NCBI RefSeq assembly: GCF_000150275.1
Contig: NW_002060958.1
Span: forward strand, 814,272-878,271
Length of the DNA: 64,000 bases
Source of the DNA: Trichoplax adhaerens
Lineage: Eukaryota; Animalia; Placozoa
Direction of reading: 5' to 3'
Made by a program: the position numbers and the translations under genes. Positions 27,629 to 40,700 of the stretch are shown here, piece after piece (within the stretch, counting starts at the first letter, position 1; each line of letters starts with the position of its first letter). Below the pieces are notes generated by a model. That model saw nothing but the letters and a program-made list of their open reading frames with translations, ran no database searches and was not told the DNA's origin.

Positions 27629-28627
27629 ATGCCTGATAACGAACAAGCAGCAAGTAACATTTCACAACCACCATTTAATCGTCATCAAATGGCAGCAGTT
27701 ATTACGGCTCCAGTCTTAATGACTAATATAATCTTAATACTTTTAATTTCTACACAAAGAAAGTTAAGAACACCATCGAATGCTATCGTTTGCAATAGCT
27801 GTATAGCTTGTCTCGTATTAGGAATTATTCATATTGTTAGTGCTGCTATTTCTCTCAATCAAATAAGTCAAATAGAAAATATTGCTTTATTTTGCTTCTT
27901 TAATGAATCTACCGAACTAGCTTTATCTGGTGTTGTCACATTTCATATCACCATTTTAGCTTTAGAACGTTTCTTTTCAGTAGTTTATCCATTTAAATAT
28001 GAACGCCTTACCACAAATAGGAATATTGCAATCTTATTATTATCTCTTTGGATTATTCCAATTTGTGTTATCTTCATACCTGTGACGGTAACATCGCTAA
28101 GTATTGGTGGTAATTGCGATGAATGGTCTGAGATTCCAAGCGTACGAGTTGTTTTTCTTTACGTACTCTTCCCTTTAGTTTTATTTATCCCTTCAATTAT
28201 TACTTTACTGGCATATTCGGGTATAATGTATAAAATTTATATCATTACAAGTCAAACCTGGTCACAACAAACTTATACCAATTATCAACGAAATAGTTCA
28301 CGTTATCAATTGATGGTTGGCCATAGGAAAGCATTATTTCAAATGCTTATACTTCTGACGGTTTATTCTTTATCCTATTTTCCTTTTTACGCCTTCTATG
28401 TTATTTACATCGAATCCAATCGTCAAATACTTGCAACAGCCGCTTATGTCAGCTATTTAGTAGCAATTGCTTATTTAAGCTTTCATCCCATTTTAATCAT
28501 GTCCTTTACTGCAAATCTAAAAGAAGAATTTGGCAAGCAATGTCATCGCCTACTTTTCCCCTGTTCATCCCACTCAACTAAGAACAAAATTCATGTTTCT
28601 ACATTTATGACCAGTACAGCATATTAA
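27629..28627 (+). CDS. Orphan rhodopsin-like (class A) 7TM GPCR, single coding exon, 332 aa
   Basis: 7TM pattern; 'ALERFFSVVYPFKY'; TM3 and ECL2 cysteines; clear paralogue of the other two (shared PFNR, APVL.TN, AYL..HP). Confidence 0.95.
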   Translation: MPDNEQAASNISQPPFNRHQMAAVITAPVLMTNIILILLISTQRKLRTPSNAIVCNSCIACLVLGIIHIVSAAISLNQISQIENIALFCFFNESTELALSGVVTFHITILALERFFSVVYPFKYERLTTNRNIAILLLSLWIIPICVIFIPVTVTSLSIGGNCDEWSEIPSVRVVFLYVLFPLVLFIPSIITLLAYSGIMYKIYIITSQTWSQQTYTNYQRNSSRYQLMVGHRKALFQMLILLTVYSLSYFPFYAFYVIYIESNRQILATAAYVSYLVAIAYLSFHPILIMSFTANLKEEFGKQCHRLLFPCSSHSTKNKIHVSTFMTSTAY

Positions 28628-31600
28628 AGTCCAGATACAATGAATCTATCCATTTCAGTTAATAAAGAAATAATAATTAAGAATAGCATTAATTTGAGAA
28701 GCCCATATTGGAGATTATAACCCTATTAATCAATTCATAATCTGCGAGGAATTTCAGCTTGTAATACTTTCTTCATGTTATGCATGCATACTAAATACCA
28801 AAATAATCACTATCAAATGCCACCGATCTATACTAGATGGCAATAATCAACAAGGAAACAAAGAACAAATGATTAATATCATTTACATAATTAATATCAG
28901 TGGTACAGCTTAATTTCTTTAAGCATATCGAAACGAGTTATTAATAAATTCGGCATCGCATTCATACACTAATCCTTAAAATGAATTAATGATCGCCGAT
29001 AACGGTTATTTTAACTGTTTTAATTAGAAATTTCATTCGGGTACTATTGCATGGAAGCCGATTTTGTATTCGATCATTCTATCCTGAATATTAGATAGCA
29101 CAATTATAAAGAAATAGTTGAAACTATGAAAAAAATAATTTGTTTCAATAATTATGATTATTAATAAACGCCAATTCTTTCCATCTTTATTTATCACTTT
29201 GTAAGAATTATTATTCCGTAAAGTGAATTTATAAATAAGCTAATAGGGCAATAATTAATACATGAGTTAGAAAAATATGGTATTTTAGTTTAGTTTTGTA
29301 AAATAAATAAGGTAATCAAGTTTATAAATACTAAAATACTTTCACTAATTTATTCGTAATTTGCGATAGTCATCCAAATTATCATTCATTTTAACCTGTA
29401 AATTATCTCAATAGTCATTTTTTACCTTCTAATATGCTTCTACCATAAAACTAAAGCGTAAAAATAAAATTTTTTAAAATCATAATAAGGCAATAATGTT
29501 TCTAGCAAAATTCATTGAACTATGCAAATATAAGTCTTTATTTCAATTTCAAGTTCTTAAATGACATCATAAGCCATTAATCTCCAGTACAGCTAATCTT
29601 CTAGCTAACTATTAACCAGTTAAGATAATGATTTAAGCATGATTTTAAAATCGAGTTCTACATTCATTATTTTCTCTTAGTCACTTGTAATAATATTCAA
29701 GGTTATAGTCATTGACAGCTCTAAAAGAAGCAAACCCTGGCTAATAAATCTTGAATTATTTTATGTTAATACTGCTCAACTATTTCAATGAGAGCATGGC
29801 AAAATTCACTACGTAAGGATATTAGTAATGTAATAATATCCATAACCCTGCCTAATCGTGTACTGTAGCATGTCTATTTTCTGACAATCGTTATGATTGC
29901 ATTCAATTTGATTAACGAGTATTAAAAAAATGATCTACCAGTACATATATCCGTCTGAAGGATTCATGTACGAGTACACAGTAATATTTTTGAAATTTAT
30001 AAAAGCATTACTTTTATAATTAATACCTAGAATAATTTATATCAAACGGATAAAATCATTAATAAAGGATGATTTATGGGATCTACCCCATTATTTCTCA
30101 TTCTGATCAAAGTGATATCTAGATCTTTTGTTTGTAGTTATTAAACTTCGATCTACATTCTACGCAAAGTTCATAATTTGATCATAGTTTACTATACGCG
30201 CTATGGATACCATCTGATATTGCTATTTCCAAAGCAAATATAATTTATTTTTTCAGGATATAATACAACTGATATAAATTAAGTATAACCTATTATCTTT
30301 TATTGTATAAGTTCTGAAATTACTATGAAAGATACAAATCTCAAGACTATATTTCAACCAGAAAAGCCCATCGTCGGGCATTTATCACCTTGTCAAGTAT
30401 CTCTTATCAGGCTTAGAATGAAACATGAGTATAAAGTTGTGGACATTTACTAGATTATTGATAGAATAGACTATCTGCAGCATTTCGCAATAACACAAAA
30501 TTACTTATTAAGGTGAGGTATCATGAATAAAAAATGGTTCACAGTAGGGATATTAACACCGTAAATATCAACTATGGAATAAGATCTTAACGGTTTTATA
30601 CATCAGAGCAAAATATAGTCCATTCATTTTGAATATATTCGTAACTCTTGTAACAACGGTAAAGGTATTCTTATACTTTTGTTATAATTTATCCATAATT
30701 TTTATGCGTTCTATAAGCATAGTTAGTACGCTGCATTGTTTTTTTCCGTGAAATAGCATAGTTTGTGGCAGTAACTAGCTGGAAGTTTTAAAATTTACTA
30801 TTATAGCTAACATATAACGGTAATATACTTGTAGTCCCATTTATATTGCTCTCACTAAAAAAACAAACTGATCTTAGAATATTTTAATAGATGATGCCGA
30901 CCAAGGTACTAATACAAATTTTGTAACCTAAATAAATAAATTAAATTATATACATTTAATGCCTGAGTTACATAAATAGTATTAATCGAGGGGCTCCTGA
31001 TTAAATATCCTGTGATAAAGTTGTTGTTTTCTTGCAAGTAAGCAAATACGAAGAAGTAATGCTAACGATATCGAAAGCTCACGACAACTATAATGAAAAT
31101 TTGATAAATCAGAAAGTCAAATTTGATGATCTCTAAGCAATAAAGCCTGAAGTAGATATACACTATAACAACTGATTTAAAAATTCTTTATTAATTTGTT
31201 CAGCAATCTGCAATACCAAATCTTTTACAAAAATTATACGGAACAATTTTATAGGGCTCTTTAATCTGAATATCTAGACATATGCTCACGTAAACAATGG
31301 CAATCATTTCTGTTGAATGCCAATGCTGGTGAATGCTTGTATGCTCCAATTTGGCTTTGATTAATACCATCACGGTGAAATTATCAATAAAACATAATTA
31401 TCTCACCTTGATTGAATAAGTAGCGGTACCAACTTCAATTTATCTTGTTTATTTTGAAGATACTAACCAAAATATGTTACTCCATACATCGCTATAGTAT
31501 ATGTAATAAAGTATTATTACAGTAAAATAACCTATTTTTGCAGGTAGAGTTTTGGGAACTACTTGATAAGATTACGGTAAAGAGCTACTGGTATATTTCA

Positions 31601-32863
31601 TATATGTAGAAAATCATAAGCCGCATAACTCTAGAATTATGAACGATCTCATATTTCGGACTTTTAATACAACTAAACGTTCAAATTCCTTCGACAATCC
31701 GTATATATACATTGACTTATTAAACATCGTCTGACTCAAAAAGTATAACTTTTTATTTCCAGAAATTGCTAAGAATTCTTCTTTAGTTTAGTTTATAACA
31801 ATGATATAAAATTTAAAGTAGCCATCATGGTTTTGACGCCTAGTATGCTTATAAACCGCATTGCCTTTATTATAATGGACAATCGAACTCGCTCAAGGTT
31901 TACAATTCTACCATATGGTATCGCACTTATTGACTAATTACTTTACTAGAGAAGGATCTACTGCATGTACTCACAATTATGGTATCATCCTTTATTATCA
32001 ATTACTAGCTAATGCAAAATAAATTTCAGGTTTCATATTTATTATAAGCGAAATTTGATACATATCGAGTGAAAATGACTTCTGAGCTTAAGCCAACATG
32101 ATGCGCTATGTTTTGATCACAATTATCAACATATGATCTGTGCATGAAGTTAATTTCAAGGACAAAACTACCTGCTCTGGTTTATAGTGAATATAACTCA
32201 ATTCGATGTTGCCATGAACTGTTGCTTTGCTATGTTGATATTTAGCATGGTAATTTTCAGCACTATTGTCAAAGATAAAATTTTTCCCTTTACGTGTACA
32301 GATAGCTCTGTCTTCAAATATATGATATGATAATGATCATTGGTTAAAATATATTGAACATTCCACATTTTATGTTTCAGGCTAGCATAAGAACTAATTT
32401 TACTTACCTCTAAAGAAGATTAATCGTAAAATCAAATCCATGAGCTGAATTTAAATTGGTATTAACTTGCTAATTTTGGAAAGAGTCGGTTAAAAGAGCC
32501 ATCTGAAATCTTCGATGACAGTATAGAATTAATAATACTTTTAATACATAATCGCATTTACTTTTATAAATGGTAGTCCAAATTTTCTACCCACTTTATC
32601 TAACTATTATCACCAGTAATTTGTGCAAGCATGTTAAAAACAATTACTTGTCCTAGTTGCCGTAAATAACTCTATCAGTGACGAAAATCTACAGTAAATT
32701 AAAATCTGTTCAATCATAAATTTATTAGACAATTACTTAATTTATAGATGCCTATGGAATTACGAGTAATTCAAAACTAGCTTCCATTCAAAAAAAAGTC
32801 AGTACGGAAACTTGCTGCATCAATATTATAATTTTTATGCTTTATTGCCAAAAAAAATGAAGC

Positions 32864-33447
32864 TGTCGCGGTACGCCGTTACTAATTAAGTATCTGTTGA
32901 TTAATGAATGCTTATGAATAGATAAGATAAGGTTATGTGCTATGTTTAATGCGCATGTAGCTGATAATAGGATGGTAGAAATGAGATAAAAATAGAAGTT
33001 GTTAACAGTTAATTTACTGTTTTGTAAGGTGTGTTACTCTCTAAAAATTGAGCCGTATATGGACGAAGGTTAAGCGTCTTAACATCTGATAGCTTGTAGC
33101 TATCTAAGTCTGAGAATATCGACATGTATATTTAGTAATGGTATTATACTAATTAATATAACTTGTAAAGTATGAATTCTCACTCGTTAATATTGGAATT
33201 CACTGTAGAAACCTATTTAAGCGCGTGTGTTTGTAGAATAAAGTTAGTAATTGCTCAAGAAACAGCAAGACTCATATCGTGAAGAATAGTGTAATAGTTA
33301 GTCAGTTGTCTGTGGAGATCAGCCGAGAAATCGAGTTCTCAAATACTTCTCTCATAGAAACTGAAAGTACTAGGAGAAATAGCCCAAGTTTTAAGTAACT
33401 ACACTAGAGTTCTTTACTTTCCTTTGCTACAAGTGAGGATTGTGACA
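32864..33447 (+). mobile_element. Solo LTR (584 bp)
   Basis: TGTCGC...GTGACA termini; perfect TSD GAAGC; TATTTAA ~33214 then AATAAA ~33237. Confidence 0.82.
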
Positions 33448-34333
33448 GAAGCTTATACCGAATTCGGTTGCATAGAGCAACGTAAAAACGTATTAGTCAT
33501 TTTAGTACCGCATACATTGTAATTTAATCAAATTATGATCGGCGACTTTAATCTTTAATTTTTGAATTTCGACTTGTCAAAACTTTTGCAGAATTCTCAA
33601 AAGTGATCAGAACTTATGGGACAACAGCAGTCGACCCTACATTTCTATAAAATGTCCATTTAATGTTTGTAAGACTTAGACTTACGTTAATCCTGTATAA
33701 TATTTAGTTTCAACTCAAGTCAGCAAAACATTAATCTGTACCGAAGTTATTTCACGACTAATACGTAGAAATCTATCGCAATCCCTCCAGTGACCAAAAG
33801 TAAAAAGAGTCATATATGTAAAACAACAATAATTAATCTTTTCAGCATCTCATGAACAAACTAAGAATAAAAGTACTGTACAAGTCCAAACATATTAACA
33901 AAATATATCTTATTATTTGTAAATACAACTAGAGCAGATGGTCCACATAGACTGTAGCTAGCGTCTCTCATGACTACCTTAGCCTGATAATGGAACTTTG
34001 ACGATCAAAAATAAAATTTATGTTTTGAGGAATACAAGTATTATAATATTCAAAATTTTCATGGCCTGAAACTGACACATAAAAACTAACTGATAGATGA
34101 TTCCATACTATACCATTATTTCTTCTCACAATATGAGTGTATTGCTAATTATGCCCTTTTATGTACCGCAATCGAGTTTTGTAATCGATTATACTATCAT
34201 ATTTGAACCAAACCGGTAGTTTATTTTATTATACGTATAGTTAGATATGCTCAAAGACGTGATGGCTAAATGAAATCAATACTAGCAGAATACCTATTGA
34301 AGTTTAGCTAGAAAAATTTGATTTTTATGATGC

Positions 34334-34934
34334 TGTTACGGTTTAAGATATTATGTGATAATGTTATTGAAGAAGAAATAGACGGTTACGATTAAATAAT
34401 CATAAATATTATGATCTGTTAATATTGTGAGATTCAATCGTTAATGGACTTCCATTAACGAATGTGTAGAAGTAAGGTACTTAATATGCCAATGACGTGT
34501 AATAACCAAAATGGCGGTTGTCACACTTGTAGGGAATCTGTTAGATCTTAAATTGTTAATTGGCGCTATAATATTATTAGCGCATAATAATATCAATTAT
34601 CACATATTTGTTCGATAGTAATTAATAGGATTACAAAGCTATAGAAAAGACTAAGTTATGCATAAGAATAATTAACAGGTGGAAAAGGTGTAGATTTGAT
34701 ACAAGTATATAAGAGGTTGTAATTTACCTCGCTAGGGAGGAGGAAAATACGGAGACCTAATAAAGTTAGTTTAGTAAATTTATCCAGACGCTTCTAGTCC
34801 GCCTTTACTGTTGACTGAGGTCCTTCGCTGAAGTGGAGCGAGTAGTGACGCCTGGTGGCAATCTTACGGTAGGACAGAGGAGAGTAGGATAAGTGTGGAA
34901 CGGGAATCCGATTGTTGCAAACGACGTTGTGACA
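34334..34934 (+). mobile_element. Solo LTR (601 bp)
   Basis: TGTTAC...GTGACA termini; perfect TSD GATGC; TATATAA ~34707; AATAAA ~34759; 3'-terminal hairpin. Confidence 0.82.
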
Positions 34935-35579
34935 GATGCAATTTAACCAATTTGCGTGATCTAATAGTATACAACATTAAGCATAAAAGTATACTTTATT
35001 TCATAGCTAATAAGATACGAATATATCATATCTCTGTAGGAAATTTTTAGCAATCCTTTCGAAATTTAATTAAAATTCTAACCATTTGAAAAAATCAGGT
35101 ACAGAATTTCATAGAGCCTAAATTTTTATGGAATATCAGGGATATCTTTTCAGAGAAAGTAAGGGGTTATATTTGATATAATGAGTAATATTTTACTAAC
35201 GGCGATATTCTTACTAGCGTCATTTTCCAATGTCTTTGTATCAGTTAAAGTTGCTAACCAGAACTATTGTTTATCATCCGCTAAGGTCTTTATTCCAATT
35301 CTGAACATATATTTAGTCTGTAAACGCTAATTAATAACACCTTAAATGTAAGATCAATTACTTTGCAGAGCCTTGAGGCTCTAGTTGCTATACTAGGATA
35401 TGTATACTGTACAGTGTAAGCCGCTATTTCAAGAATATTCACAAGTGTACCATCGGCGAAACTATAAAAAGCGGAGCACTAGCTTAGCTTCTCAGTTCCA
35501 GTTAGTCATTTGCAGGATCTTATGACTATTATTGCTTAGAATATTCTTACGTTTTTCTTTAGTACATTTTACGACTAAG

Positions 35580-35751
35580 GTTAACGAAAATAAAGTAAAG
35601 TATTTAAACCTATTACTCAATAGTAGTTTTTTGTGTGTAGCTGAGAGTTAGTTCAACTACGATAGGTCCCTAAGTTAGTTGGGAACACAAGTACTAGTGA
35701 AGATAGTGTTTAAGACCCGGTTTCTTGTTACAAAGAAGAAGATTTGTAACA
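35580..35751 (+). mobile_element. 3' remnant of an LTR-like element
   Basis: Ends in TGTTACAAA-N8-TTTGTAACA, the terminal hairpin seen in the other LTRs; no 5' end or TSD found; start approximate. Confidence 0.4.
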
Positions 35752-36871
35752 CCATCACTTTCTAAGTCCTTTTAATCTAACTGTACAGTACAGCGTATTT
35801 GCCAAGCCTCTTTGTGTTTTACACAGAGTAAATGTATGATTATTGCTATTTATTATGTCGGTTTAAGTCACATCTTTTTTAATTTTATTTATATGGAAAC
35901 TTTTTTAACACACTACACAAAATTCCCCTTACCGGTGATTGAATTTTTCTACACTTCGTTAGATTTGTATGCCCTTACTTATTGACTAAATTCTGTTTAG
36001 ATAAAAATCACAGGTACCATGTCAACGTATCGATAATCCATTAGGGTTAAAACATAAGCTAAGTAGCCCTTACTAAAATTACGATACAACATAGACATTT
36101 ATCGACCGAGTCATACTCCGAAACATTTTATCTTTATAAGACAGCACATAAGGGCGTTGCTAGCAGCTATTGATACAGAAATTGCGTTTTTCGATTATCA
36201 GAATCAACATGAGAAGGATACCAGTACATAATATAAGGTAACCTGACCGTAATACCATTTTATACCAATATACTATCTATAGAACTTATAAAATACTATC
36301 TAATTTAGCAATAGGAATGAAATGAAGCGTAGTGTAGGGTAATTTTTAGAATAGTAATAAATTCAAGATCAAACATAATCGTATTCAATTAAGTTTAAAA
36401 CAATGGTTAAGAGCATATTATCATCGACATATTCTGGCCAATTTACTTTACCATAATGACTTATTTATATGACTTGATCAAAATGGAAATCCGGTATAAA
36501 TTGTTTAGAACATTTTCTGTTCTACTAGAAGTTCTGATGAATAGGTGAATAGGCACCCTATCTATCTATAGAAATACTGATCCATCATAAAGGGGCCATA
36601 AAATATAAATGTGCATATTTTATAGCAATTCAGTAAAATTGTTAATATCAACTTTGCGCATTTTACACTCATGCTAATTAACTTCCTCTTTGATATGGAT
36701 AGTTAAGCTTCTTAAATACCTCGAAATCGTATCTTTCAGATTATTGTTCTATTCGTCAGTTTGTAAATTATTTAAAATCTGTTTTTCGTCTCTACTATAA
36801 CGATGACTCGATAAGAAAGAAGAGCTTATAGGTATTATTTTAATAGAAGGATACAATTGATCTCGGACCAC

Positions 36872-37731
36872 TGTTACAGTGTGAGAACCGTGACGGGTAA
36901 CGATGTTATATATGTGGTTTTAAGTATATCTAAAATTATATTACTAATTTACTATTGGTAAGGGCACATAAATTAGTTAAATACTTAGTTTATTAGAGAG
37001 CTCAAAGGTCATATCGTGTTATGATTATGATTAATCTTGTGTTATATGCGTGCTGTAACGTACTATAAAGTATTTTATAAATTTATTCTGTTTTAAATCT
37101 AAGAATAACGATAGCTAATATTGTTTACTAGTATCCATTTTTAAGTCTGTATATGCTGTAGCAACTTACGATTGGATAGAAAGTATAAAAGCGAGTTACT
37201 TTTGACAATAATGGGAGACTGTCACAAACCAGCTTCGTGACAAGGATAACGTAAAACAAATCTCTAAATTACTATAGTCTCCTGGATTCAGTATCCCTTA
37301 ACTAACTCACAAGAATTTAGACGCCTTTGATTCTACGTTAAACTCAACCAGACAATTAAGAACTACTTCATTCAACTATCTGATGGGCTTATATACCCTT
37401 CTACAGCAGCTAACATTCATGAGTCATCTTATAAAAATACTTAGGTGAGAACATCTACTAACTAATTTTTCACAGTCGGATTACAACATGTCCATTCACA
37501 GAATCATTTCAGTGCACATTACAGCACAACATTAAATTTACTGTAACACATTTATAATTAGAGTAATTCCTATTGTAAGTAACTAGTTGTAATATATTAT
37601 CACTATATTATATTAACCAAATTTAGATAGCTATTTCTTCACGGTAGTTCGTATCGTGACAGGGACTTAGACTAGTATCTTTGTCTAAGTCTTGCCGGAA
37701 CAGTTTCAGTGTTACAAAAGTGGCTTTAGCA
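36872..37731 (+). mobile_element. Old solo LTR (~413 bp) hosting 37220-37661
   Basis: TGTTAC...TTAGCA termini; TSD ACCAC/ACCAT; GTATAAAA ~37183; degenerate terminal hairpin. Confidence 0.55.
37220..37661 (-). mobile_element. Solo LTR family B (442 bp)
   Basis: TGTCAC...GTGACA termini; TSD GAGAC/GGGAC; highly similar to 19068-19504. Confidence 0.9.
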
Positions 37732-40700
37732 ACCATGTACTTTTGTGGACGCAATTTATCACCCTGTATATCAAGATAATTTAGATAGATACGTAAAACT
37801 TAAATTGAAGTACATATCATATCAAAAGCTGGGACTTAGCTGCACATATAAGTAATGCGAGCATTACATAACCAATTATGTTCGAATCTCGATTTAATGC
37901 AGAAAAATGACAATAATTTTATTAAATTATCTAATACTATTCATTTAAGCTACGAACTCACATCCAATACACCTCGCGTGAAATTTTTGCACTTTGTAAT
38001 ATGCATAAACTCATTTTTGAAATTTTTAGATCGAAAATCAACACTTAATCCATATACCTATCAAGTTATGGTACGTCATCAAAAATTGTAACTACGTTAT
38101 TGAACCAATAGTGCAATTTCTCTAATGAATTCAATTTTTTTAAAGTCATATGCGGTGTTGAGCAATATCTTTTGCACTAGCCTATTTGTATAACTGCATA
38201 TTATTACCCTCTATCCTTTAGGAAAATAGCTGCAGCCCTTAGTTAGAAACAATCATTCCTCCGTGGACAATTGCTAATACAAAAATAAAATTGAATAAAA
38301 TCCTTGAATAACCACACCATTTATGTAACTGCTATCAGTTCACTTGTCTAAACAGTAAGGGATAGCAAGCGACAGTCAGCATCGCATAACGCATAATGCA
38401 AAGAAACAAGCACAGATAAATAAAAATTTCTTAATTATAGCATCCCATTCTATAAATTTTCGGTACTTGTTCTATCATGATGAAATTTGCTACTATCACG
38501 AATGGTTTAAGTTCATGTTACTCGAAAAAATTAGCACTCCGAAACTTTTTCAGGTCTACTCATATTTCAGCATCAAATGTACGAAAGTATGTACAACAAG
38601 TACTTATCTTATATTCCCCGCGACTATTAAGGTCTTCATCACTTTAATCTTATGGATAAGCGCACAAATTTTGCGGCTTCAATGTAATCCATAGGAAATG
38701 GTAACTACCTAGCACTAAAGACTGCCGAGCATGATGCGACTATTGCAAACTAATGCTGATCATTTTCGGCTGATAACATACGCACTTTAATATTTCTCAA
38801 TAATGCCGTCACTTATGGCGTTATACTTAATTTTATAGACAAATGATTACTTCCACATTATTACATATTTACTGGAGACTAATTTTATTCTTATCTTGCT
38901 ATAACCCAACCGATTTTTAAGTAGAAATAAGATTTGTCTATGAAAGAAATCTAGTTTACCCGTAATCTTCTGACGATGGGAGATCCTCAATATTTAGAGT
39001 TTTACGGTAGGTAAATACCGGAAATAAACGTGACGGTAGACTTATAGCGTTAATTTCTTGTAGTAGTTTTAATCCCCCCATCGCAAAGTTCGATTTGAAA
39101 TCAGGCCATATTTAGACAAATGAAGGTAAATTTTTGTTACAAATTACTTACCCTACCTATTTCACTTACAAGCCATCATTGATAATCTAATGACCAATAG
39201 CTATCCTTTCATTAATGATTGCTACTAGTAGCCGCAACATATCCTCTTTACTTCTACACAGATATAAGAATACTATCTACATTATTCAATTCTATGCTTC
39301 CGATAATTTATTCCGGCTAATTTATTAATTAAATGATTATGGTACTAAGTTAATCAGCCCAAATTTAACTACAATATGCGATCGGGCTAAAATTGTCGTA
39401 AGACATCCCTTATTGTTGCTTAGATATAGATCTGAAAACGAATATTGTAAAATTGTCTTATCTTCATTAAATTAAATACAAATAAAGAAATTTGTCTACG
39501 CTTCCGGATATCGCCACAAAATTTGTGAATAAAACATTTGCCCAATACAGTTTTGAATTTTATAACTATTAAACTCACAAAATTCATATTCGAATAACTG
39601 ACATAAGATTTATATTTTACAATTTCTAGTTAACCATATGCTATACATTACGTCTAACTTACAACGAATAGCATTTCTAATAGTTAGCATATACGGTACT
39701 AAAATACCCATCATCAACACCATCATTTAAATTGAATACTGAGCAACAAAATGACCGTTGGACAGTTTACAGGCAATTTGTATTCGTAATGATGCAAACA
39801 AGTTAAGTCCCTTTATAAGATTGAATTCTGAAAAAGAAATAGCCCACCAAATTTAAGATCAAGACAAAGCTTGCTTTAGCCGAACCTAAATAGCGGATAC
39901 ATAAGCATAAACCTTTATACTCAGCCTATTTCAAGTACGTTAATTAACTTTATTATTCATACATGCATTTTAAACTTGTCATAATTACGGTAACTTAAAC
40001 TTACAAACAAAATTCCTTACGTGGTCCCACTTCCAATTAGAAGACCGGAGAAATATATACTAATAAAAGTTTTCTGAGAATATTGACAGTCTACCTTTCG
40101 GCATCTCAGCTTATCCTTCAAAGAACTCATATCCAATATACTTATTTGTATATAATATTTTTCACAAGGTCAAGTACTGTGCAAAAGTAGCGGCATAGCG
40201 GAAACAAATCTAAGGCATGAGAAACAAAGCAGTATTCCGTATTATAGGTCGTATCTGAAATTCTCCGATATATACACTCAACACAATGTCTTTTACTTTT
40301 TTCTCCGCTCTTACTAACTTACTTTGTGAAATACGTCTATTTTGCAAATCTGTTATTAGGCATACTATTATTAGTTCCAGCATCTCATTAAACTTTTTTT
40401 TGTCCTATATCAAATAAAAAATTTAATTTAGAACCTTATCAGAGCTGAAGGATAGTCCATCTAATCATCACCAAGACCAGTCCATTCCGAACTGCAATTC
40501 TTAGCAAAAGATTAATGGGAAAACAAAGAAGCTATAGATTACCCTACTCAGTGGGTGCGGTACTGTCTGTAGCTAAGCAAAAGCAGTAGCTGATTGAATT
40601 TATCGGTTCCTATCCGTTACTTTTCAACACATAATTGTAAGTTGCGAAAATAATAGACGGTAGTTTCTGTCTAGACAGGGAACCTTACTGAAATATTTTT

